Below are positions 30,218 through 38,703 of a stretch of DNA of 64,000 nt, in pieces (the first letter of the stretch is position 1; each line of letters starts with the position of its first letter). Under the pieces are notes generated by a model. It saw only the letters and a program-made list of their open reading frames with translations, had not been told where the DNA came from and did not search any database. This stretch comes from a virus. Made by a program: the position numbers and the translations under genes. The stretch lies in the IMG/VR virus record IMGVR_UViG_3300028573_000014, positions 1 through 64,000 of that record. The stretch is one strand, 5' to 3'.

Positions 30218-30822
30218 GATATCCTGTAAGGACTTTCCATGACAGGCGGATCATCCCCGGTAAGTTCAACAAACTCTCCGAGCATATCCGCGCGAAACCC
30301 GACCTCGGAGGAGGACTCCACCACACTGCGAAGATCCTCGGCATTAAGGAACGGGTTGGTTTTGATGGGGAACATGAAGAACGCTGCATCGAGAAAGTGC
30401 TTCTTGCTCTGGGCGAACTTCTTCAACTCGATAAACAGGTCGGTCTGGTGCTTATGGCTTGGAACAGGCGTACCGACTGCCAGCAGTTTCCCGTCTGGGA
30501 TTAAGCACGGCAAAAGTTCATCGAGCAAATAAGGAGTCATGGTCGCAGGCTCATTGATGATGACGAGATCGAACTGATGTCCCCTGTATTTATCCTCGTT
30601 TTTCTCCATGTAGACAATTTTTCTGCCGCTGCTTACCACCATTGTTGTTTTGAAGAATTTGTTCATCCCGTGATTTGGACCAACAAAGAGGATTTCACGA
30701 GCATCGGATATCTCTATGCAAAATCTGCATAGTGCATCTTTGCCCCAGCGCCGACTGGTAGACACAACACGGTAGCGATCTCTGGAGTCCAGGACTAATT
30801 GCTGTCCAGTATGCGGGATCAT
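30214..30822 (-). CDS. Stand-alone degenerate terminase ATPase domain
   Basis: HTGQ, RYRVVSTSRRWGKD, RGHQFDLVIINEPA, VGTP, TNPFL, MLGEFV colinear with the N-half of TerL. Confidence 0.85.
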   Translation of the reverse strand: MIPHTGQQLVLDSRDRYRVVSTSRRWGKDALCRFCIEISDAREILFVGPNHGMNKFFKTTMVVSSGRKIVYMEKNEDKYRGHQFDLVIINEPATMTPYLLDELLPCLIPDGKLLAVGTPVPSHKHQTDLFIELKKFAQSKKHFLDAAFFMFPIKTNPFLNAEDLRSVVESSSEVGFRADMLGEFVELTGDDPPVMESPYRIS

Positions 30823-31085
30823 TCTGTTGCCGCCTTGATCTCCTGATCGATCTGATCTGCCAGTGAACGCAATTCATTGGCGCGACTTTTGACCTGCATC
30901 CACGAAGCAATGGAATTAAGCAATGGTTCGTAATTGAAGTCGGGCAAAATCGCTGGTCCGTTAGGCAAAAAACGGGGAAGTGAATTCCCGCTGGCAACAT
31001 CATTTAGTAGATGGAAAGCCCGAATTTCCTCCTCGGTGCAGGTTACAATAATCTCACCCTGAGACGTATAGCCAATTTGTTTCAT
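30819..31085 (-). CDS. Hypothetical protein
   Basis: ATGA-coupled in operon; contains an MCP-like peptide. Confidence 0.6.
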   Translation of the reverse strand: MKQIGYTSQGEIIVTCTEEEIRAFHLLNDVASGNSLPRFLPNGPAILPDFNYEPLLNSIASWMQVKSRANELRSLADQIDQEIKAATE

Positions 31086-32209
31086 TTCGTTTTCACTCCT
31101 TCAATAGCCTTCCGTAGTTCTTCAGCAACTCTGCCCACCTCTACCGATCTCATCTTCAAGTGCATGGGGAGCGACAATAGACGGTTACTGGCCTCGGTTG
31201 CTCTGGGCAAGTATCCGTGATACATCGGATACTGCGTGTTATCGACATAATGTACACCCGTTCCAATGCCAGCCAACTTCAGCGCATTGACCACTTCATT
31301 GCGGTTATCTACCAGTACCTGATACAGATGGCGAGACGGGACGCAATCTGGGGACATGGGCACGGTCTCGCAGACACCTGCTAACAGCTTGTCATACAGG
31401 GCTGCGATGCTCCGTCGATGCTGATTGTCATCGTCCAGATATTGCAGGGCAACCAGTCCCATTGCTGCCATGATACTGTTGCCGTTGTATTTCCAGCCAA
31501 CATTCTCCACGTCATATTCCCATGAGTATCCGGTGCCGGAAGACCTTGCATAGGTATCCTTGTCGATGCCCATCCAGGACAATTTGCGCGACTGAGCATC
31601 CATTTCAGGATCTGCCCAACAGATCATGCCAGAATCGCCCGTCGGTAGATTTTTCACTGCCTGAAAGCTGAACACGGAAACATCAGCGGTTGCACCAACA
31701 TGATCGCCATCTAGCCAGCGCGTTCCTGCCATGTGAGCAGCGTCCAGAATGAGCTTTAACCCATGAGATTGGCATATCTCCCAGATTTTGGCGTACTGTC
31801 CTACATTGCCTCCAAGTCCTACGAAAACTACGGCTCTGGTGCGCGGGGTGATTTGCTCCTCTACACTGTCGGGGTCCAGACACATGTACTGGTCAACATC
31901 TGCGAATACAGGTGTTAATCGTTCATACAAAATAGGATGATTCGTGCTGACGAAGGTGATCGGCGTGGTGATCACTTCATCACCATCGGACCATCCATAA
32001 CTGAGTTCGTGCATTGCCAAATGAAGTCCTGCTGTCGCACTATTCAAGAAGCACGCATTTGGCAGTCCAGTGTATTTCTTCCACGCTTCTTCAAACTCAA
32101 CAGTCTTGTAACCGATGCCCGTCCAGCCCTTTTCGAGACACTGGCGAATCTCGGCAAGCACTTCTTCGGTGCGAAAGACGGGGGTGAAAAGTTGGATGGA
32201 ATCGCTCAT
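31082..32209 (-). CDS. DegT/DnrJ/EryC1/StrS sugar aminotransferase
   Basis: NSATAGLH, TFVST, DAAH, FSFQAVKNL (PLP Lys), LSLPMH. Confidence 0.95.
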   Translation of the reverse strand: MSDSIQLFTPVFRTEEVLAEIRQCLEKGWTGIGYKTVEFEEAWKKYTGLPNACFLNSATAGLHLAMHELSYGWSDGDEVITTPITFVSTNHPILYERLTPVFADVDQYMCLDPDSVEEQITPRTRAVVFVGLGGNVGQYAKIWEICQSHGLKLILDAAHMAGTRWLDGDHVGATADVSVFSFQAVKNLPTGDSGMICWADPEMDAQSRKLSWMGIDKDTYARSSGTGYSWEYDVENVGWKYNGNSIMAAMGLVALQYLDDDNQHRRSIAALYDKLLAGVCETVPMSPDCVPSRHLYQVLVDNRNEVVNALKLAGIGTGVHYVDNTQYPMYHGYLPRATEASNRLLSLPMHLKMRSVEVGRVAEELRKAIEGVKTK

Positions 32210-32463
32210 TTGATCACCTGCGAATTACCACTGCCACCAACAATATTCTGTGTCGTACTGATCGGCGGACCATCGTAGCAGTCAATGATGGTCGATTGTC
32301 GTCCTGTACCATGCCAGAACGCCCACTTAATGAAGTGTCGATGTTCCATCCAGAACTCGATCAATTCTTCAGCAGCCTCTTTGCCATCGTTGCCATGCGG
32401 ATACATTTCACTGGCGTTATCGACCAGTTCCTGAAATTTTTTGCGAAGTTGTGCAGGAGTCAT
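32206..32463 (-). CDS. Hypothetical protein
   Basis: GAGGA SD, coupled to the aminotransferase; MCP-like peptide. Confidence 0.6.
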   Translation of the reverse strand: MTPAQLRKKFQELVDNASEMYPHGNDGKEAAEELIEFWMEHRHFIKWAFWHGTGRQSTIIDCYDGPPISTTQNIVGGSGNSQVIK

Positions 32464-32505
32464 TTCGTTGTTTTTCCTCTCATTTTGCGGTAAAATACGA
32501 ATTAC

Positions 32506-32557
32506 TGTGGTCTAGGGTAGCTCCCGAAAAGGTGGTTTCGTCACCGCCCTGACCCAT
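32506..32557 (+). ncRNA. Structured RNA leader upstream of the HNH gene
   Basis: GGTC...GACC closing stem enclosing GGG-TAGCT-CCC and GGTGG-TTTCG-TCACC hairpins, just after -10 TAAAAT (32491-32496). Confidence 0.5.
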
Positions 32558-32594
32558 ATACATCTTGACGAACTAGCACAAGACGAGGTGCTAA

Positions 32595-33386
32595 GTGATC
32601 TACCAGCCGTCTCCAATTGGTCGGATATGCAAAAAGTGCAACGAATGGAAACCGCGAGCAAGGCTCGTAAAGGAAAAACGCTGTCTCTGGGGCGTACATG
32701 CCCTTTGCCTTGACTGTGTTGCTGCGAGAATAAGAGAAGACAGACAGAAAAATCCTCTCAAATACCGTATTTATGAGCGGAAATTTAGAAAAGAACATCC
32801 AGATCGGTATCGCACATATCAAAGAAGCCATAACGAACAGAGAAACGCAGGAAACCGTCGCCGCCGCGCTCTCAATCCACAACATGCTAGAGACTATCAC
32901 AATAGATGGCGAAAGAAGAATCGTGAACTTGTCAGACGGTATGAACAAGCGACTAATAGCCGTCATCCTGATCGCGTAAAGCAAAAATCGCAGGTGAGAA
33001 GATCCCGAAAGCATAACCTTCCCTCCGAATTCACTGAAAAACATTGGTTGGAATGTCTTCAATACTTCAACAATAGATGCGCATACTGCGGTAGACCACA
33101 AGGACTGTGGCATTCTCTTTCGCAAGATCACTTTATCCCAGTTAAAAAAGAGGGCGGTTATATTCCAGGCAACATCGTACCAGCATGTCATGGTATAGAT
33201 GGTTGCAATGAGAGCAAACACGACAAGGATGCCGTTGATTGGCTGACTGCAAAGTACGGAAAGCGAACAAGCAAATTGATCTTGCAAAGAATATTTGCCT
33301 ATTTTCAATGGGTCGAGCATTCTAGCGCGTTACCCTCAACTGAAAATCCCGCGCAGGTTCATGCCACACACCAGGGACAATCGTAA
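32595..33386 (+). CDS. HNH endonuclease (antisense insertion)
   Basis: CKKC..CLDC, basic helical linker, CAYCG..QDHFIP..GNIVPAC..CNESK. Confidence 0.9.
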   Translation: MIYQPSPIGRICKKCNEWKPRARLVKEKRCLWGVHALCLDCVAARIREDRQKNPLKYRIYERKFRKEHPDRYRTYQRSHNEQRNAGNRRRRALNPQHARDYHNRWRKKNRELVRRYEQATNSRHPDRVKQKSQVRRSRKHNLPSEFTEKHWLECLQYFNNRCAYCGRPQGLWHSLSQDHFIPVKKEGGYIPGNIVPACHGIDGCNESKHDKDAVDWLTAKYGKRTSKLILQRIFAYFQWVEHSSALPSTENPAQVHATHQGQS

Positions 33387-33840
33387 TGTTTTCACGATTG
33401 AACCCGGCATCCACTACCATATCTGACAGTGACTGCGGCGTATAACCCCAGCGGTGTCCCATTAACGGTTCATCGGGCGAACTATTTCCGAAGACTCCCC
33501 ACCATCCGAACTGCTCAACCGATCTGCCATCTGGTGGTTGAATAACACCTGCGATCACTTTGCAGCAGTATGCCAGATCGGGCTGCTCAAGGATCAGAAG
33601 ACCTTCAGGCAGCAAAACATCATAGCATTGCTTGAGCACAATCAAAGCGTCCTGTTTGAAGAAATGCTCGATAATGTGCGATGCTACGACTTCTGTGAAT
33701 TTTTGTGACATCACTTCGTCGGGTAACGGCGGTAGCATAGCGCAAATATCAGGTTCGTTGGCAGGATTCCCATCAATGGTTACATATTCCTGCCAATGCC
33801 ATTCTCCGCTGCCTATGAGCAACTTCGTCTTATTTATCAC
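33322..33840 (-). CDS. SAM-dependent methyltransferase-like protein
   Basis: LLIGSG, ASHIIEHF, LLPEGLL..PD, HRWGY. Confidence 0.75.
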   Translation of the reverse strand: MINKTKLLIGSGEWHWQEYVTIDGNPANEPDICAMLPPLPDEVMSQKFTEVVASHIIEHFFKQDALIVLKQCYDVLLPEGLLILEQPDLAYCCKVIAGVIQPPDGRSVEQFGWWGVFGNSSPDEPLMGHRWGYTPQSLSDMVVDAGFNRENITIVPGVWHEPARDFQLRVTR

Positions 33841-34084
33841 GGTCTTCCTTTCCCTTCACTAATTCTTTCCAGATTACAGGTTGTGCTGTCAAATCTTCAC
33901 AGATATAAAAATGTCCGCTGCCGTCCTGCACCATCACCCTGTTACTGGGAGGTGATATCTTGAAAATAGCCAACTCTGCAAACGATGGCATTGTCATCGG
34001 CAAGATAATCGTTCTCAGTGGCTGATATATCATGCAGCCCCACCGATAGTCTCCTGCGACATAGTATGGTTTCATTGATCTCAT
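33830..34084 (-). CDS. Hypothetical protein with tail-protein-like segment
   Basis: ATGA-coupled; NRVMVQDGSGHFYICEDLTAQPVIW resembles blades in 9509..13003. Confidence 0.5.
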   Translation of the reverse strand: MRSMKPYYVAGDYRWGCMIYQPLRTIILPMTMPSFAELAIFKISPPSNRVMVQDGSGHFYICEDLTAQPVIWKELVKGKEDRDK

Positions 34085-34980
34085 GGCTTGAAACCCGCAA
34101 GCACCTTTATCCACTTGAGCGCCACCTTGTCCGCTGTGAATTGCTGTGCAGCGACCCATCCCAACTCAGCATCCGACTCGCGCAGGGTTTTGTCGTTTGC
34201 GCTGGACAGAGCTGCGCACCATTGCTCAGTAGTCTCTGCCATCCAGAACAATCCTATCTCCTGATAAGAAGGGATAGGCGTTCCTACCACTGGTAGACCG
34301 AGGCCATAGGCTTTCAGCAGTCGGTTGGCACTCTTGGTCATCACCCAGTTGACCGACCATTGGGGACTGCCAAACACGAACGGGAAGATCGCCATATCAT
34401 GCTCGACCATCAATTGGTCTACTGTATCAGCGGACCACTGCTGCGCATTCCAGCCTTCTTTAGGCAGTTGATCCGTCTGCTCGGAGAAATGCGGATTGTT
34501 GAGATCCGTAATAATGGTCAGATTAATGCCCAGTGTACGGCAAGCACGGGCTGCATAGCATAGATGATACATGTTCTGAGTATTGCCGACCCAGACAGCG
34601 CTATTCAAGTTGTCTGCGTGTACTTTCTTGCGAGGGCTGGTCGGCTCAGTATCCAGACAATCTGGAATAACGATTGCCCCAGGGAAATGAGCGAGCTTGG
34701 ACTCAGTGTCCACTGTGATCTGATCCACCTCGGCAGGGATAGGCGTGGAAATAAGATCGTCAATGTCGAAAATGATACGCTTCCCCGCAGCCTTGAACAT
34801 CTTCATTGAGCCATCCTGCGGCCAGACCTTCTGATACACCACAACGTCACAATCCGATGAATTGTAACTGTTGAAGGTAACGGTATGCCCCATCGCTCGG
34901 AGCGCTGTAGCGACCTTCCAGACACGGAGTCGACTACTGGCAAAGTCTGTGCTGCCTGCGGGGAAATAGTTAATGCGCAT
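34081..34980 (-). CDS. Glycosyltransferase (GT-B)
   Basis: ASSRLR, IFDIDD, WVG, KSANRL...GLPVVGTPIPSY. Confidence 0.85.
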   Translation of the reverse strand: MRINYFPAGSTDFASSRLRVWKVATALRAMGHTVTFNSYNSSDCDVVVYQKVWPQDGSMKMFKAAGKRIIFDIDDLISTPIPAEVDQITVDTESKLAHFPGAIVIPDCLDTEPTSPRKKVHADNLNSAVWVGNTQNMYHLCYAARACRTLGINLTIITDLNNPHFSEQTDQLPKEGWNAQQWSADTVDQLMVEHDMAIFPFVFGSPQWSVNWVMTKSANRLLKAYGLGLPVVGTPIPSYQEIGLFWMAETTEQWCAALSSANDKTLRESDAELGWVAAQQFTADKVALKWIKVLAGFKP

Positions 34981-35353
34981 TGTTGTCTCTCAATTCACTG
35001 AACAACTGGTCAATGGCACCAGCTTCGATATAAACGCTAGCTTTTACTGACTCTGCCATTCTCCGATAAGCATCCTCGTAAGTATCTGCCCACATACAAT
35101 CAATGAAGTCTGGCTGCTTACCTTCCTTCCAGATGTCCCATGCGATGCGACGTTCAATGCCCGATTCTGCTATCTCTAGCGGAGGTGCTGTATATGTATG
35201 CAATGTCCACCAGTTAACTTCAAGCGGTTTAATTTGCGCCACATTGTAAGGGAAAGCGATGCCGCGATAATCGAAGTCGCCGCGGTTGGTTCCCACATGG
35301 AATGTCCACTGCTTTGAAATAAGAAGGATGGCAGGAGCCAGTTTGATCTTCAT
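34970..35353 (-). CDS. Hypothetical protein
   Basis: Overlap-coupled ORF in operon. Confidence 0.55.
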   Translation of the reverse strand: MKIKLAPAILLISKQWTFHVGTNRGDFDYRGIAFPYNVAQIKPLEVNWWTLHTYTAPPLEIAESGIERRIAWDIWKEGKQPDFIDCMWADTYEDAYRRMAESVKASVYIEAGAIDQLFSELRDNNAH

Positions 35354-35847
35354 CGTCTGCCTACAAACAATCTATCCGACATGGGATCATAAGCGGCAAA
35401 AATATCGAGATAGTCATATGGATTAGAGGGGTAGCCATGATAATTACCAACCATATAACGTTCAAATCGGATAGTGCGAACACTAACACTGGGACTAACA
35501 CCGAAGTTGAGATCGATCATGCCAATATGTTCGATGCTCATTGGTCGCCAGTTGGCGGGCCGGTCCGCCGGATGGTAGCGATTATCGACCAGCCACTTGT
35601 GAAACCGCTTGACGCAGCGCAAATAGAACGCCTTCCAGCCTTTTGCGGGATACCAGTTATTCCGATAAGGACGCATCATTGAATCGTCCTGTACAGGGAT
35701 CTGTATCTCACGGGGAGAATTGTACACAAGTTCAATGGTCGTCTTGTCATTCAACTGTGGAATTTTGCTGCGCATTTCGCGCCACAGATAAAAGGCAAGC
35801 GGACCATCTCCGATAACTGACTGCAAAGGATGAACGGGCGCTCTCAT
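35350..35847 (-). CDS. Hypothetical protein
   Basis: Overlap-coupled ORF in operon. Confidence 0.55.
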   Translation of the reverse strand: MRAPVHPLQSVIGDGPLAFYLWREMRSKIPQLNDKTTIELVYNSPREIQIPVQDDSMMRPYRNNWYPAKGWKAFYLRCVKRFHKWLVDNRYHPADRPANWRPMSIEHIGMIDLNFGVSPSVSVRTIRFERYMVGNYHGYPSNPYDYLDIFAAYDPMSDRLFVGRR

Positions 35848-36809
35848 GCCTTTACCCCCACATGCTCCAGTATATCCATAACACGCTGACGACTTCGTTC
35901 AAAGGTGAATTGTTCAACCATTCGATATTGTTCAGCAACTGCATTCCCATAATAACTGTTGCTGCTGAGCAATTCAGCCATCACGCTAGCCTGCGCAGGG
36001 TCAAAGGGGTCAATATGTAGTCCTGGCGCATCATTGCACCACTCAGAACTGATCACAGGTGTACCGACCATCGCGCACAGAACCTGCTGCCGACCATAGC
36101 TATGGCGCGTGTAAATGTCCACGCACATCTGCGCCTTAGCCGTAATCGCCACAAAATAAGGCCATGCGACGTGCCCCAGAAACTCAGCCTTGAGGCCAGC
36201 GATACGCGCATAGTCCGAGGTCCAGTCCCGCTGCGCTGCATACAGCACCCGACAGCCTGTTTTGCGCTGGATGGCAGCCACTGCCGCAACGTTATTGGCA
36301 GTATTGTTGTCAATGTCGATGCTGTGGTCGAGCGTGAGAATGTAGTCTTCTTTGGGCAAGTCACGATAAGGCAAGAAGAATTCTGTGTCACCGATAGGGG
36401 ATGGGAGATAAAACGTTGGTTTGTTCAATAGCTCGCCATACACATTGCAATCTGCATGTGTACGCCCCCCAATGGCATCTGCCATGCTCATCTGGTGCAG
36501 CATAAACATCCAGTCTGGACGAGTCAACACAATATCCACGCAGGCATCCGGGCAGGCAATACAGTAACAGGTCGGGTTGACCGCTTTTATCTGCTCAATG
36601 TGACGCGAGTCTGTGGTGTGGAATAAGTTAACTATAACGATCCTTGCTTTCCGCACCGCATCTGGCATTGTCCCTGGTTGCCGTGTATCCCAGCGTTGCC
36701 ACGGCAAATCCAACACGGTAGACCAATTAGAGACGCTTACGGTAGGCGGACCACCTGGTCCGCTTGTAACGAACTCGCCCCACACAAGCGCAAGATCACT
36801 CAGTTGCAT
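35844..36809 (-). CDS. Divergent glycosyltransferase (GT4-like)
   Basis: EFLGHV, HSYGRQQVLCAMVGTPVISS, DPFDP, FTFER. Confidence 0.75.
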   Translation of the reverse strand: MQLSDLALVWGEFVTSGPGGPPTVSVSNWSTVLDLPWQRWDTRQPGTMPDAVRKARIVIVNLFHTTDSRHIEQIKAVNPTCYCIACPDACVDIVLTRPDWMFMLHQMSMADAIGGRTHADCNVYGELLNKPTFYLPSPIGDTEFFLPYRDLPKEDYILTLDHSIDIDNNTANNVAAVAAIQRKTGCRVLYAAQRDWTSDYARIAGLKAEFLGHVAWPYFVAITAKAQMCVDIYTRHSYGRQQVLCAMVGTPVISSEWCNDAPGLHIDPFDPAQASVMAELLSSNSYYGNAVAEQYRMVEQFTFERSRQRVMDILEHVGVKA

Positions 36810-37092
36810 TGTTAACCACCTTGTTCATTTCTTCCCGCACAATAAGGCGGATCATTCTGGTCAAGTCAACCGACTTCTCCAGCGGGACATAATTTGCCGC
36901 GTAATCAGTGGAGATGCCCAGTGCCACCACGCCCGGAATGCTTGCCCTCATTCTTTGCAAAACAGCATTGATAAGTTCCCCGTCTCGGCCTGCAACAATC
37001 CAGACATCATCACCCAGATTGAACATTTTCATCTTTCCCAGGTCGAAGATTCCAGGTTGAGTAGCATCAATTGGCTCAGGTAGATCACTCAT
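36796..37092 (-). CDS. Hypothetical protein
   Basis: Overlap-coupled ORF in operon. Confidence 0.55.
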   Translation of the reverse strand: MSDLPEPIDATQPGIFDLGKMKMFNLGDDVWIVAGRDGELINAVLQRMRASIPGVVALGISTDYAANYVPLEKSVDLTRMIRLIVREEMNKVVNNATE

Positions 37093-37351
37093 CCAACATT
37101 CCTTTCACAACACCCTCAATGTATTTCTTTAAAACTTCATTGTCATTAAGATTAAGCACTATTTCCAGCGAGAAGGGCAAGACTACCATTCGCACACCGA
37201 TAGGAGCCAGCCTTTCCTGGTACACACTCACAACATGATCGAGCTTTTCATGATATAGTGGCGATGCACCGAGCGGTAGTCCAAACAGTATCAGCGTCGG
37301 GCTAACAACGATAACCGAAAGCAGAATGTCAGGCGTAGCCATATTATGCAA
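37085..37351 (-). CDS. Small protein resembling an internal portal segment
   Basis: HNMATPDILL...VRMVVLPFSLEI vs portal RNMAMPSFVI...GRTVVLPTRWEM. Confidence 0.5.
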   Translation of the reverse strand: MHNMATPDILLSVIVVSPTLILFGLPLGASPLYHEKLDHVVSVYQERLAPIGVRMVVLPFSLEIVLNLNDNEVLKKYIEGVVKGMLDE

Positions 37352-37892
37352 ACCTTATCGATAGGCCACCGTGCCGCGTGCCATGCAAAGCCAGTGCGGT
37401 AGCCACTACTGTTTCAGTGTTTCTGACGGGCAGAAAATCTCCCTGTCCGCCAGCGCGGTATTCATAGCCAGATAGCTCATTGATAAGCCCTTCGTCAGGA
37501 ACAATGCGCAATCGCCCCATATTTAATTCCAGCGCCAGATTATTGAGCATGTCGGCTCTGCTTGCCCTGGTCATACGTAGTGGGTACACGGGTAATCCCT
37601 CCGATCGCAACGCTTCGATGTTAGGACCGCCAATGCTGGCCGCCTCAACATAGATAAGCTGCGGTTTCCATATTTTGTGCAACGCGGATACTCGATCTCG
37701 CTGCACTGCATAACCCTCACCTATGGTTCGGTCCAGCGCGACCAGTTGATGCGTTGTAGCATCCATAATGGCTACGCCCATACGGTCCATATGGTTTCCC
37801 CAGTCCAGCCCGAAGACTATCCGATGACCAACAACAGGCTTATCCTGCGGCTCAACTCTGGCATATCGTTCTGGATTGGGGAAGAGCCTCAT
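37344..37892 (-). CDS. Stand-alone terminase nuclease (RNase H-like) domain
   Basis: FGLDWG..D, IYVEAASIG, GLPV, LINELSGY, TETVVATALALHG colinear with the C-half of TerL. Confidence 0.85.
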   Translation of the reverse strand: MRLFPNPERYARVEPQDKPVVGHRIVFGLDWGNHMDRMGVAIMDATTHQLVALDRTIGEGYAVQRDRVSALHKIWKPQLIYVEAASIGGPNIEALRSEGLPVYPLRMTRASRADMLNNLALELNMGRLRIVPDEGLINELSGYEYRAGGQGDFLPVRNTETVVATALALHGTRHGGLSIRFA

Positions 37893-38518
37893 CTCTTTGT
37901 TGCCTTTCGTGCTGGCGCTTTGGCCTTTGCCTTTGTGGTAATGGCTCCAGTACCTTCGCCTATCGTAGGCGTTCCACCGGACACTTCAAACTCATAGTGG
38001 GCAGGAGAAGACTTTGGCTCATCAATCTCACCCCACACTCGTACAGCACTGGCGCAGACATCGTAGCCAGATTCCACGGTGCGAATATCATCGAGTACGC
38101 CCGTGTTCGTCATGAGTTCACGCAGGGCTTCTTCGGACATTCGCCACAGGTCCGGTCCAGATTTTACGGGCGGTTTGGTGAAGGAGGGGGTAACAATTAC
38201 CAGTAACCCCTGCGGATGCATTACGCGGACCAATTCTTTCATCCATGACACGAGATCCAGCACTGCGTAAGCCACGCTGCCTGAGATAACAATGTCATAG
38301 TGACCGCTTTCGATGGGATAGTGGTAGGGATTATCTGCCACGATATCCACATTGGAGTTGGCTTCCAGGTCCAGCCCCGTGTAATGCCAGCCAAGCGACA
38401 CGATGTACTCCCTGTAGGACCCGTTTACGTTGAAAGCGCCAACGTCCAGCACTGAAGCGCCAGTCTCAGGGTAGCGTTGCAAAGCGTCAGCCATAAGGTC
38501 CAGACTTCCCTGGTGCAT
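37889..38518 (-). CDS. Class I SAM-dependent methyltransferase
   Basis: VLDVGAFNVNGSYR, YTGLDL, YDIVISG, ELVRVMHPQG, DLWR. Confidence 0.85.
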   Translation of the reverse strand: MHQGSLDLMADALQRYPETGASVLDVGAFNVNGSYREYIVSLGWHYTGLDLEANSNVDIVADNPYHYPIESGHYDIVISGSVAYAVLDLVSWMKELVRVMHPQGLLVIVTPSFTKPPVKSGPDLWRMSEEALRELMTNTGVLDDIRTVESGYDVCASAVRVWGEIDEPKSSPAHYEFEVSGGTPTIGEGTGAITTKAKAKAPARKATKR

Positions 38519-38526
38519 AATTCTCC

Positions 38527-38703
38527 CTATCCTGTAATATGAGCGGTTAAAATGACGATCCCGAAGAAAAACAGTGCAGCGGCAAGGCTAGCCCAGTCGG
38601 GCAGTTTCATCTTGCCACCAATCCAGCGAACCAATCCGCCTACGAGGGCAGCAACAAGGCACAACACAATAACAACCGCGGCGACATGCGTATCGACAGT
38701 CAT
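38527..38703 (-). CDS. Small two-TM membrane protein
   Basis: 58-aa hydrophobic ORF read manually, coupled to the GT gene. Confidence 0.55.
   Translation of the reverse strand: MTVDTHVAAVVIVLCLVAALVGGLVRWIGGKMKLPDWASLAAALFFFGIVILTAHITG

Noticed and set aside
32541-33320. 259-aa minus-strand ORF
   Set aside because: Shadow of the HNH gene, which has full motifs and an SD
30214-37892. A single second terL split by an intron or intein
   Set aside because: The halves are in reverse order for the transcription direction, are separated by many genes, and show no splicing motifs
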